A DNA stretch of 63,783 nt. It comes from an uncultured virus (IMG/VR IMGVR_UViG_3300006620_000015). Taxonomy: Duplodnaviria > Heunggongvirae > Uroviricota > Caudoviricetes. Shown here piece after piece: positions 31,001 to 37,986 of the stretch. Positions within the stretch are counted from its first letter, which is position 1, and each line of letters opens with the position of its first letter. Made by a program: the position numbers and the translations under genes. The notes under the pieces were generated by a model. It worked only from the letters and a program-made list of their open reading frames with translations. It was not told the DNA's origin and ran no database searches. Where the stretch lies: the IMG/VR virus record IMGVR_UViG_3300006620_000015; one strand, written 5' to 3'.

Positions 31001-32443
31001 ATAACGTCGATCAGGAGGTGGAGTAGTGGATATCGAAGCTATGTCTCCATAGGTGTTCAGATAATTATCCCTTCTGTTTGCAAGATTATATGAATGAGAA
31101 AATCCACCAGATCTACTAACTCTATCACTAACAGTCTGATAACAAGTTGATGCATATGCTTGCTGATAGGAATAACTATATGCTACCAATTGCTGAGCAC
31201 CACCACAAGTAGATGAAGTGTTTAAACTAGCGCCTCCAGCACCGCCTGCAATAACGAGAGCATTAGCATGAGATACCGAAGTATCAAAGATACCTGCATA
31301 CCCTCCTCCTGCCTCTGCATAGCGCCCAGAGTCTGATGTTCCTGCAGAACCACCACCCGCATTCATCTTAATTTTATAAATGTCGGCACCAGAAATAGGA
31401 ATATCTGCATCAGTATATCCACCCTTTGATCCACATGTTCCTTGACCCCAAAGGTGAGCACTAATCTTATTGCGATCATTTTCTAATGATGTGATACTAT
31501 AATCAGCGGCATTAGATGGATCAAATACTAAAGCACCATGCTCCTCAAAACTCCAATACTCAATATTATTAATTGCTGGTTGAATTCTAAAGTCAGCACC
31601 ACTAACTGCCATGATAACTGAATTACTAATTACATCAACTGCATCAGAATTACTAAAAATAACTCTGTATTCATCACCATTGTTAGCAGTGTCTTGAGTT
31701 GATGTCGTATATTCTACCTTAGTTCCACTAGCCTGTCCTGTTCCATTAGCACCAGCAATATCAACGAACGTAGTTGTTCCCGATAACTTGACTTGCCATT
31801 TAAAATCAAATGTACCACTGGTAATTGTGGCAACTGCATCAAAAGTTTTTGTAGTTCCCTGTGGAATAACAATTCCCAACACAGGTTGAGTTGTAATCTC
31901 TATCTTTCTAGTAATGCTTAATGTTGCATTGTTTGAAGTGATTGGAGATGTGACTGCATCTACATGAGAAACTTGACAGCGATATTCAGTATTATTATCT
32001 GCTGTCACAGTTACCCCAGAGGGCACTGTAAAAGTAGTACCAGTCTCACCAGTAATATCAGTGAATGATCCAGCAGGCAATTTTTTCTGCCACTGAAATG
32101 TCAGTAGGGATTCATTAAGTTTATTTGTGGCAACGGTGGCAGTCAATACGAACGATTTTTGAGCACTCTCAACTACATCAAGATCTGACGGAGATATAAG
32201 AACAGTATTAATTGCTTGTATAAGATCTTCAATGCCTCCAGTTCCACCTCCTGTTCCTGAAGGAGGGTTATCAGGATTACTAGTATCTGCACCAGAACCA
32301 CCAGTGGCAGCTGCTGCCATGGCAATATCTTGATTACTTACATTATAGTACTCGACAGGATGAATTGATCCCAAGGGAACGCGACGATCCTTTGGGATTA
32401 ATCTTTTCTGCTCATTGTATGGTTCGTGGTGATGTTTTCTCAT
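28070..32443 (-). CDS. Ig-like-domain and glycine-rich fibre/adhesin protein
   Basis: 1457 aa; three Ig-like repeats (F/YQWQ...F.DI.G...YRC/YRV) alternating with poly-Gly GGGGGGYYGGGGG regions. Confidence 0.7.
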   Translation of the reverse strand: MRKHHHEPYNEQKRLIPKDRRVPLGSIHPVEYYNVSNQDIAMAAAATGGSGADTSNPDNPPSGTGGGTGGIEDLIQAINTVLISPSDLDVVESAQKSFVLTATVATNKLNESLLTFQWQKKLPAGSFTDITGETGTTFTVPSGVTVTADNNTEYRCQVSHVDAVTSPITSNNATLSITRKIEITTQPVLGIVIPQGTTKTFDAVATITSGTFDFKWQVKLSGTTTFVDIAGANGTGQASGTKVEYTTSTQDTANNGDEYRVIFSNSDAVDVISNSVIMAVSGADFRIQPAINNIEYWSFEEHGALVFDPSNAADYSITSLENDRNKISAHLWGQGTCGSKGGYTDADIPISGADIYKIKMNAGGGSAGTSDSGRYAEAGGGYAGIFDTSVSHANALVIAGGAGGASLNTSSTCGGAQQLVAYSYSYQQAYASTCYQTVSDRVSRSGGFSHSYNLANRRDNYLNTYGDIASISTTPPPDRRYIIQFNSPMPDGNYILQVSTGQCTAAGGACPGFGIDITQLARTSSYMVIRFLRSDNGYTSYVSSMSFTVYKDSSRTVSYPCTKYNTVQGSFSHNGGAKVIGGAGGGTVASDGSDSTSSTISAKGGYGATQSLGGAGGATSSGGSTNGNAGSALSGGSGGSNSGSYSAAGGGGGGGGYYGGGGGAGGHDGYDGSSNNPGKGPQSGGGGAGGSGFVHSTAVGTTGAFGGSTHPNRGDAGGEQKNSRIVIEPAYIDLITQPRSVVLQSGTATFNVKAAVIGVSGQTISYQWQKRGSGETTFSDITGATSESYTTPTVSSSNNSDTYRCKLVNEFCASKITEEVVTLVTATGSQVYNITQTGETSVTVPTSATGFTYWLWGAGGQGVGECPTGSFSGGGGGYATGTVTIPNTTSGSSYTNVIVKTGQGGLVEKPSCTSTQNGWYTRTGGPETIGINGVRKLQILWEGTLVYDGTYAPNEDSYIIVGNYAYTWGTYRSNSAYGWKTDDTCGTGASNAGDYCNGFDVKRYDYSPATRTISVFVGATGQGSPTGLSGYGAGRGGQRSEITFNGLSSIVGGGGGAGQNGQGGGGGGTGGGGAGTGPNTGANAGTTGRFGGGAGGGSGVNQGNRGGGGGSGVAGGAGAGGDGNGNCTGGGGAGGSGSISLAYTSASAGNTGTAGGAAPVPASLPSEHVSGHGGASQNGLAVISMTVPGSLEIIGTVSGTSTNITSLSSATTLSEPSFLVASGVDYNVTIRLRGGTPPGNGGQGSYVQGTFTAKAGQSYRLHYDTRYSAVFYGTSAVGNNCIMLAAEGGYEGNPSTSTYPSPHPSRPSNPAGGKAGLPNGSIGSNLNTSYGGNGGSVSGYKSGNGGTGGNAGGDLSASKGGDGAFFSSGAGGSGVDGNGGVGGMGYYGGGGGGGGWDNDYNEGGYFGGGGGGGASYVGGLPSPSQNSSSPAEVIVSNPSNGNESGGPQIQIISVAEA

Positions 32444-32745
32444 GCCATAAACACATTAGGAGATCCTACAATGATTGGGAATTTGCCAGTAATACCTAAT
32501 GCTAGATCACCTAGACGTTCAGAGGCAATTACATTTGTAAAGCACTTGGGAGATCCAGTGATGACAGGTGCAACGTGAGTGGTACAACACTTAGGGCAAG
32601 GAACGATCTCTAAGTATGGTGCTGTCTTATCAGCAATCTTACTTGCTGCCTTTGCGTTAATAAAGACAGTGGGAGATCCCGTTGCTTGCACAGGAGTGTT
32701 GCAACGATTTAGATAAATGTGACCGATTGTACTTGCCGCTCTCAT
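32440..32745 (-). CDS. PAAR-like spike tip protein (gp5.4-like)
   Basis: ATGSPTVFIN..AA, TGSPKCFTN...RLGD, GSPNVF; His/Cys metal ligands. Confidence 0.85.
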   Translation of the reverse strand: MRAASTIGHIYLNRCNTPVQATGSPTVFINAKAASKIADKTAPYLEIVPCPKCCTTHVAPVITGSPKCFTNVIASERLGDLALGITGKFPIIVGSPNVFMA

Positions 32746-33752
32746 TATTGTACCTTTGAGGGAGTAGTGACTTTCATGTTCTTAGCAGTTTCTGGGAATG
32801 TTTGGTTATAACGTTCCCGCTGTTCTTCTGGTGTTCTCTGCCTGTCATTAATCAAATCATTCAGAATTTTTTCATAATCATTATTACTATTATTTACCAC
32901 ATGAGTAATTGTATGAAGATCAGTTCCAGTTTGAGTAGGACTATTATATCCCATGTCCGACAAAAGTGAACTTTGTTGGGAGTTACTCATACTTGCATAT
33001 ACACCATAATTTACAGCAAGTACCCAATCTACTTTAATTTTAAATGTAAGCGTTGTAAACTCTCGTTGGTCGGGAATAAATTTATATAAATTATCAAACT
33101 TCTCAGGTAATTCATATAGACTCTTAGCAGTGTATGTACCGCCTTCATAATCATTCGTATAACCGAACTCATTACGACAAAATACAGCAGCATTATATGA
33201 ACCCTTAACAGAAAGAGTGTTCCAGTGATTCACCGTGAACGTATGACTTGCCTGACGGGTCTCTCCTCCACCGTCTGCACTAGTATTGAATGTAAATTGG
33301 AATGTGCCACTAGGTTTAGCATTTTCAATAAACTCTACACCACCACCTCTGCCATCTGCTTTCTTTAATACATCACGGGTAAACCAATCACCAAGTTCAC
33401 TCTGACAAATTGCATTATTTTGAGGTCCTTGATCATCTACCCAATACACTCTTATCGGCACCCGTGCAACATGAACACCAAAATAAGAATTACCACCATT
33501 CGGAGAACTAGTGCTTGTACCAGTTCTAACACCCGTGGTTCTATAATTACTACTCTTACTATAATCTCCTGCGCCTTCATCTTGAGTCGTAGGAGTACGA
33601 GTGGCGTTTGAATTTGCCTTTAATTCAAAGTTAAAACTATTGTATAGATTAACATCGGGAAGGATAGGAGTCTCTACTGCAGCTCTGCCATTATAGGTTT
33701 CTTCCGATCCTGGACCTTCGTTATATTTACTGTAAATGTATGTGTTGCTCAT
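32745..33752 (-). CDS. Hypothetical protein, probably structural (335 aa)
   Basis: Long ORF, TAATG-coupled to the PAAR gene. Confidence 0.65.
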   Translation of the reverse strand: MSNTYIYSKYNEGPGSEETYNGRAAVETPILPDVNLYNSFNFELKANSNATRTPTTQDEGAGDYSKSSNYRTTGVRTGTSTSSPNGGNSYFGVHVARVPIRVYWVDDQGPQNNAICQSELGDWFTRDVLKKADGRGGGVEFIENAKPSGTFQFTFNTSADGGGETRQASHTFTVNHWNTLSVKGSYNAAVFCRNEFGYTNDYEGGTYTAKSLYELPEKFDNLYKFIPDQREFTTLTFKIKVDWVLAVNYGVYASMSNSQQSSLLSDMGYNSPTQTGTDLHTITHVVNNSNNDYEKILNDLINDRQRTPEEQRERYNQTFPETAKNMKVTTPSKVQ

Positions 33753-33952
33753 TTGTTCTCTAGTTCAGATACCTTGGTGTGCAAATAGTCTAGAGTGTCA
33801 GTCAGTTTCTCATATTCTTCTGCTCCAGGTCGCTTATATGCCAACTCTGGATTGATGAGTTTTGCTACTACAATCTCCAGATTATTTATGCGCTCTAGTA
33901 CTTCCTCGAAGTCAAAATACTCACTGTTATCATTTGTATCTTCACTCGCCAT
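33749..33952 (-). CDS. Hypothetical protein (67 aa; start revised from ORF track)
   Basis: MASEDTNDNSEYFDFEEVLERINNLE...; GAGGAG SD upstream of the ATG at 33952. Confidence 0.65.
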   Translation of the reverse strand: MASEDTNDNSEYFDFEEVLERINNLEIVVAKLINPELAYKRPGAEEYEKLTDTLDYLHTKVSELENK

Positions 33953-34142
33953 ATACTTCTCCTCTATGTAACACCTCAGAGATAAACGCGCTAACCTCCT
34001 TCTTAGTCCGCCAGGCTTTCGCTCTGGAAAGCTCCGCCGTCCAGGTGTTAATAGACTCTCCACCTTCCATCCAGTAAATATAAGGTTCGCTAACATACCT
34101 TGAAGAATTTACCTCACGCACATACCATTTCTTATTTGCCAT
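33942..34142 (-). CDS. Hypothetical protein (66 aa)
   Basis: MANKKWYVRE...; GAGGAG SD upstream of the ATG at 34142. Confidence 0.65.
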   Translation of the reverse strand: MANKKWYVREVNSSRYVSEPYIYWMEGGESINTWTAELSRAKAWRTKKEVSAFISEVLHRGEVYGE

Positions 34143-34326
34143 TTGTATGCTCCTCAAGTGTGTCAAGAATACTATCCATGGACTCTATACTTTCAATATC
34201 ACTAATCATCTTAGCAATCTGTGTGCAAACAATAGGACGCTCTTGCCTAGCAGCAAATGCTAATGCATTGCGTAAGTTTGCTTCTGCTTCTTTCAGTGAT
34301 TCTTCTACCTGATTACCTAATGCCAT
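34132..34326 (-). CDS. Conserved cyanophage hypothetical protein
   Basis: VEESLKEAEANLRNALAFAARQERP motif; TGATG-coupled to glutaredoxin. Confidence 0.7.
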   Translation of the reverse strand: MALGNQVEESLKEAEANLRNALAFAARQERPIVCTQIAKMISDIESIESMDSILDTLEEHTNGK

Positions 34327-34559
34327 CAGATTCTTCCCTCGTTTCGTAATTGTGTAATGGTCTCGCTACACCCTCCGATGAGCTTACCATCTTTCAGGAC
34401 TCTGGGAAATGTACTCCCATACCCGAACTTATCTGTAAATTGCTCTCGGCTAAAATCGCGATTTAACTTGATCTCCATAAAAGATTCGTCAAGTCCTGCG
34501 AGAACTTTCTTAATATTCTCACAGTAAGGACAGTTGTTTCGTGTGTAGATTGTGTACAT
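34326..34559 (-). CDS. Glutaredoxin
   Basis: CPYC active site, TFPRV cis-Pro motif, LIGG. Confidence 0.92.
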   Translation of the reverse strand: MYTIYTRNNCPYCENIKKVLAGLDESFMEIKLNRDFSREQFTDKFGYGSTFPRVLKDGKLIGGCSETITQLRNEGRI

Positions 34560-34572
34560 TGTGGTTGATAAA

Positions 34573-34746
34573 CTACTCCGATTCTACACCAAGATCATAC
34601 TCTTCGTCAAGTTTTCTTTGAACATCAAATAGAACTTCCTCGTACTCGCCCGCCTCGTATTCATCAGCGTTCTCAATGGCAACCTCTAGGGCGTTCAACA
34701 TGACATCCATCTCATGCTCTGATAAGTCTAGATGAATATTTTCCAT
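34573..34746 (-). CDS. Small acidic hypothetical protein (57 aa)
   Basis: MENIHLDLSEHEMDVMLNALEVAIENADEYEAGEYEEVLFDVQRKLDEEYDLGVESE*; contains TTGACG-N18-TAGAAT (34581-34610), a possible promoter for glutaredoxin. Confidence 0.6.
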   Translation of the reverse strand: MENIHLDLSEHEMDVMLNALEVAIENADEYEAGEYEEVLFDVQRKLDEEYDLGVESE

Positions 34747-34927
34747 AATGGTTTTGGAACTACCGTATATAGCAATCGGGGTTTTTTGGAGAATTTTTTT
34801 GGGGGAAAATTTTTTATATGAAAGAGATTCTCTCGGGCGTTTGGGAACCTTTGTAGGTTAGGGTAGTTTGGGTTTTTTCAACTAAGGGCGCAACGCCCCT
34901 AACCCGCCTAAGGGCGGGGGGACTGTG

Positions 34928-35110
34928 CTATGCTGCCACTGCTCGGCGGATGTCGCGTCGGATGTTCTGCAGTGCCCTGTGGTCTGATGCCGTCTTGCTA
35001 GTAGTGACGATCGCCCCGCTAGCGTGTTGCCAGATCATGTGCTTTCCAGACTGCCGCCGAAGGGTGAACTGTGATGCCCTCATCAGAGGGGTGACCTGAT
35101 CGCGTGCCAT
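34928..35110 (-). CDS. HicA-like (dsRBD-fold) protein
   Basis: F.LRRQSGKHMIWQH.SGAIVTT...D.RALQNIRRD resembles the HicA pattern GF..VRQ.GSH....HP.G..V.V. Confidence 0.6.
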   Translation of the reverse strand: MARDQVTPLMRASQFTLRRQSGKHMIWQHASGAIVTTSKTASDHRALQNIRRDIRRAVAA

Positions 35111-35113
35111 AAG

Positions 35114-35308
35114 TCATTCAAAGGTGGGGAGTTTGTCCAGTGCTTCCTGAGCATAGCAGCGGGAGTGGATGGCGGCAATGGTCACAGCATTCGATCCAGT
35201 GGCAGGTCCATGGTCACGGCGGAAGACGAATTCATTGTCGTCGTCTGCCATGCGACCAGACCAGACTAGGGTGCGATCGTAGAGGGAACAGGCGGGGGAG
35301 TAAATCAT
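35114..35308 (-). CDS. Hypothetical early protein
   Basis: 64-aa ORF in the GC-rich cluster; TATGAT -10 at 35329-35334. Confidence 0.6.
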   Translation of the reverse strand: MIYSPACSLYDRTLVWSGRMADDDNEFVFRRDHGPATGSNAVTIAAIHSRCYAQEALDKLPTFE

Positions 35309-35342
35309 GGGGTTGTGTCGTTGGTGCTATCATACCATAGGA

Positions 35343-35591
35343 TCAGAGATCCCACAGCATCTCGTTCATCTCGTCTGCGTCGATGGCGGGGTCATTCCAT
35401 GCCACACCGTCGCCAGTCTTAGAAAGCATCCGACCGATCTGTCCGTCCATCATGCAGCGAACGAACTTATCCCATGGGGTTTCCAGACCCTCGCGATAGG
35501 TGACGCACGCCTTAGCGGTGTTGTACAGAAACTCATCGTTGCCGATCCAGAGGGCGGCGTTCCAGGTTTCGTAGTTTGCCCAACCGTTCAT
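35343..35591 (-). CDS. Conserved phage early protein (NGWxNYETW family)
   Basis: MNGWANYETWNAALWIGNDEFLY motif; preceded by an early cassette. Confidence 0.75.
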   Translation of the reverse strand: MNGWANYETWNAALWIGNDEFLYNTAKACVTYREGLETPWDKFVRCMMDGQIGRMLSKTGDGVAWNDPAIDADEMNEMLWDL

Positions 35592-35618
35592 GGTGTGTCC
35601 TGTGTGGTGTACTTCTGA

Positions 35619-35677
35619 ATTATAATGGGTCAGGAGTCAGTGGCGATCGCTGATGTTCCAGCTTCCCCACTGTCCAT
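35619..35677 (-). promoter_or_regulatory. Early promoter cassette (palindrome + -10)
   Basis: TATAAT at 35619-35624; TGTTCCAGCT-TCCC-CACTGTCCAT at 35654-35677; 29-bp gap. Confidence 0.6.
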
Positions 35678-35828
35678 CCACTGCCTTGCCGTCACGGAAT
35701 GCAGCACGCAGCAGGGCACGTTGTTTCTGACGCTCCATCTCCTCCCGCAGGTACGTCTCACCGATGCTAGCGAGATCGTCAGAGGATGCTAGGATGCCGT
35801 TGCCGTAGTCCTTGAGTTTCTTGGTCAT
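35637..35828 (-). CDS. Hypothetical early protein
   Basis: 63-aa ORF directly downstream of an early cassette. Confidence 0.65.
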   Translation of the reverse strand: MTKKLKDYGNGILASSDDLASIGETYLREEMERQKQRALLRAAFRDGKAVDGQWGSWNISDRH

Positions 35829-35850
35829 GTGCTTTGTGTGAACTGTGCTT

Positions 35851-35911
35851 ATTATAAGGGGTCAGGAGCGGGGACGGCGATACCCTGTGTGATAGTTCAC
35901 CCACTGTCCCA
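35851..35911 (-). promoter_or_regulatory. Early promoter cassette
   Basis: TATAAT at 35851-35856; TGTGATAGTT-CACC-CACTGTCCCA at 35888-35911; 31-bp gap. Confidence 0.65.
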
Positions 35912-36086
35912 AGGACCGATCACCAGACAGCAGCAGAGACACGATGTCGCGCTTGCGGGTCTTGTAGGTGTACTCCATGCTGGGGGTCTTGAACCAGCGA
36001 ACTTTGAACGTGCCAGTCAGGGGATTGACCTTGAGAGTCCAGACCGAGCGGGAGACGCTGGGGGAGATGCAGGAGACGTTGAGCAT
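35862..36086 (-). CDS. KTSC-like small protein (start revised to the ATG at 36086)
   Basis: SRSV..LKVNP..GTFKVRW....EYTY....SLGQWVN resembles the KTSC pattern; the ORF-track start lies within the promoter. Confidence 0.5.
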   Translation of the reverse strand: MLNVSCISPSVSRSVWTLKVNPLTGTFKVRWFKTPSMEYTYKTRKRDIVSLLLSGDRSLGQWVNYHTGYRRPRS

Positions 36087-36108
36087 GAGGTTTTTTGGAA
36101 CTGAAATC

Positions 36109-36169
36109 ATTATAGGCACAAAGAAAGGGGGATCGCTCCCCCTGGTGTGACACTATGCCAACCGCATAC
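36109..36169 (-). promoter_or_regulatory. Early promoter cassette with GC hairpin
   Basis: TATAAT at 36109-36114; hairpin GGGGGATCGCTCCCCC at 36127-36142; TGTGACACTA-TGCC-AACCGCATAC at 36146-36169. Confidence 0.6.
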
Positions 36170-36479
36170 CAGAACGGAATTCTGTGGTAGCATAGTCGTC
36201 GCCAGTCCATAGACGGATGTACCATGTCCAGTCGGACTGATAGACACACTCGCCGTGATGACCGAAGGCAGACAGCAGGGCATTCAGACGGGACTTGGTG
36301 GTGTTAGACTGCCAACCGCCGTCAAAAATCTTCATCGCTTCGTCAGTGATCTCAGCGATCAGGTTGCCGTGGAGATACACAGAGGAGACGCCATCGGCGT
36401 TGATCACCTGGGTGTTGGCATTCTTCCAATCCGTGCCCGCAGAGATGGCGCGGTTCATCAGGGATTCGATCTTACGCAT
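36153..36479 (-). CDS. Conserved cyanophage early protein (start revised)
   Basis: MRKIESLMNRAI...VYLHGNLIAEI...DGGWQSNTTKSRLNAL. Confidence 0.75.
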   Translation of the reverse strand: MRKIESLMNRAISAGTDWKNANTQVINADGVSSVYLHGNLIAEITDEAMKIFDGGWQSNTTKSRLNALLSAFGHHGECVYQSDWTWYIRLWTGDDYATTEFRSGMRLA

Positions 36480-36506
36480 GGTCGGTGTCGTTTGGTTGAC
36501 TTCTAT

Positions 36507-36565
36507 ACAATACACGGTTTGGGGCACAGCACAACAGGGTGTGTGCCACTTAGTTCACTGGTCGG
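36507..36565 (-). promoter_or_regulatory. Early promoter cassette
   Basis: TATTGT at 36507-36512; TGTGCCACTT-AGTT-CACTGGTCGG at 36542-36565; 29-bp gap. Confidence 0.65.
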
Positions 36566-36734
36566 CAAACATGCCCTCATGGGCATCCAGCACAAAGTCT
36601 ATCACGTCATCCGTCGCGCTCACGTTGAAGCGGTCGCAGAACCAGTCCACGCTCATCTCAGGGGAAGGCATGGTGTCAAACATAAAATCTTGCAGTTCAG
36701 TCAGGCGGTCTGTCATCAGGTCGGTTTTGTTCAT
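36555..36734 (-). CDS. Small acidic early protein (59 aa; start revised)
   Basis: MNKTDLMTDRLTELQDFMFDTMPSPEMSVDWFCDRF..., immediately downstream of the -10. Confidence 0.6.
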   Translation of the reverse strand: MNKTDLMTDRLTELQDFMFDTMPSPEMSVDWFCDRFNVSATDDVIDFVLDAHEGMFADQ

Positions 36735-36740
36735 GTGTCT

Positions 36741-36798
36741 ACAATACACGGTCTGGCACCCCAAAACGAAACCCTGTGCCAGTATCAGAACTGTCACA
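36741..36798 (-). promoter_or_regulatory. Early promoter cassette
   Basis: TATTGT at 36741-36746; (CCC)TGTGCCAGTA-TCAG-AACTGTCACA(GGG) at 36775-36798; 28-bp gap. Confidence 0.75.
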
Positions 36799-36844
36799 GG
36801 GGGTCGGCTGAATTGTTTGTGTTAGATAGTAGACTACGAGTTTC

Positions 36845-36988
36845 TTACATAAACTCCTGCATGTAGTAGTCAACAGTGACTTCAAGATGTGCTGCCTTTT
36901 GTTCTATTTCATTGGCAAACTCTTCTGCTAACTTAGCGTCGTCTGAGTTAGTATCACCACAGAAGAGATCTAGAGTTGATTCGTGCAT
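36845..36988 (-). CDS. Small conserved cyanophage protein (47 aa; start revised)
   Basis: MHESTLDLFC...EIEQKAAHLEVTVDYYMQEFM*. Confidence 0.65.
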   Translation of the reverse strand: MHESTLDLFCGDTNSDDAKLAEEFANEIEQKAAHLEVTVDYYMQEFM

Positions 36989-36992
36989 ACTA

Positions 36993-37247
36993 TCAAACGG
37001 CAACTTTACGAGTTTCGTTAAGTAACTGTCGCTGTGCTGTTTTGATTCCATGTAGGCAATCATACAGTTGATGTACATTAGCGATATCAATTCCACCACT
37101 GGATTTAATATCAATCCGAGAAGCATCTGCCCAGTTGATGTTGTTCTTGCCATCAACGGTTGTTGTGTAATAGTTGCCATCTTTTTCCCAGTATGCATAA
37201 CCTTCGCATACAACGTAGTTGTCAATAGTCATGGGTCGTAATTTCAC
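36993..37247 (-). CDS. Hypothetical protein
   Basis: 84-aa ORF; GTGA overlap with the upstream ORF. Confidence 0.6.
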   Translation of the reverse strand: MKLRPMTIDNYVVCEGYAYWEKDGNYYTTTVDGKNNINWADASRIDIKSSGGIDIANVHQLYDCLHGIKTAQRQLLNETRKVAV

Positions 37248-37402
37248 AGTGGTTGAACATCAAGGTAGGTAATCTTTAGTTTTTTGTTTTCCTTCTTGAT
37301 CTTTTTGATAGCATTTTGGTGAGTATTTGCTGTTACAAATCCTTCTTGATTTGTACCATCAGCAGTCTCAAAATAGTACTCAAATTTGTTAGAAGAAGAC
37401 AT
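37244..37402 (-). CDS. Small hypothetical protein (52 aa)
   Basis: MSSSNKFEYYFETADGTNQEGFVTANTHQNAIKKIKKENKKLKITYLDVQPL*. Confidence 0.55.
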   Translation of the reverse strand: MSSSNKFEYYFETADGTNQEGFVTANTHQNAIKKIKKENKKLKITYLDVQPL

Positions 37403-37570
37403 TTTAGTCTTTGTAATGGTATTAATTTGAGAATATTTAGTATAATATTCTCTATAGGACTAGTCAGACTTGAACTGACAAGGAGTTTAATCTCCGACAG
37501 ATTTTAAGTCTGTTGTGTTTACCAGTTTCACCATAGTCCCAATTAATTAAGTATAAAGTTTTCCACAGTT

Positions 37571-37735
37571 CTGTGAAGTTCTTAAATACTTAACTTTTAA
37601 GATTTCTGAGTTTTTTATAATTCCTCAGATTCTACAGTTTCTGAGATTCTATAAGTTTCTCAGAAATCATAAAACCCTCAGAAATCATAATACTACAGAA
37701 CTGAGAGTTTGTCAAGTTTCTCGGAAAACCTCATA
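37571..37735. repeat. Degenerate ~17-19-bp tandem/inverted repeat array (CT[C/G]AGA...)
   Basis: Units start at about 37606, 37624, 37641, 37659, 37677, 37701 and 37720; CTCAGAAATCATAA is exact at 37659 and 37677; inverted GATTTCTGAG at 37601. Confidence 0.7.
37687..37715 (-). promoter_or_regulatory. Sigma70-type promoter TTGACA-N17-TATTAT
   Basis: tgtcaa at 37710-37715, ataata at 37687-37692. Confidence 0.65.
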
Positions 37736-37764
37736 GGGACTGACCTTTGAAACCCTACAGAGTT

Positions 37765-37793
37765 ATTATATAAGGATCTCGGAGGTTTGTCAA
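37765..37793 (-). promoter_or_regulatory. Perfect sigma70 promoter TTGACA-N17-TATAAT
   Basis: tgtcaa at 37788-37793, attata at 37765-37770. Confidence 0.8.
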
Positions 37794-37986
37794 GTGCCAA
37801 CTGTGAGAACCTTCTGACATGTCTGTGAAGTTTTTATACAAGGGGTTGACAATCGGTAGGATGCACGCTAAGACAGAAGTTCCTCCGCACATTATCAGGT
37901 ATTCCACACCTTTTTCCACACACATTCCACAGGCATGTGGAAAACACAACTATGTTTTTTTAACCATTTAATTTATACGGAAATAG

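Larger units (their letters stand above)
37559..37944. promoter_or_regulatory. Cluster of cyanobacterial-type DnaA boxes (TTTTCCACA)
   Basis: Perfect boxes at 37559-37567, 37912-37920 and 37936-37944 (reverse); near-matches TATTCCACA at 37900 and CATTCCACA at 37923. Confidence 0.55.

Noticed and set aside
28070..32443. Diversity-generating retroelement targeting the adhesin
   Set aside because: No reverse transcriptase and no template/variable repeat pair seen.
35005..35650. HIP1 (GCGATCGC) at 35643 and a few CGATCG cores
   Set aside because: Only one perfect copy in GC-rich DNA; enrichment cannot be shown by eye.
37571..37735. Possible CRISPR mini-array
   Set aside because: Units are 17-19 bp, degenerate and contiguous, with no unique spacers; no cas genes present.
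37846..37874. Plus-strand promoter TTGACA-N17-TAAGAC
   Set aside because: The -10 lacks the critical final T and no downstream gene exists; not excluded, but unsupported.
37755..37949. 64-aa ORF MCFPHACG...
   Set aside because: Runs through the DnaA boxes and a promoter, has no SD, and has implausible composition.
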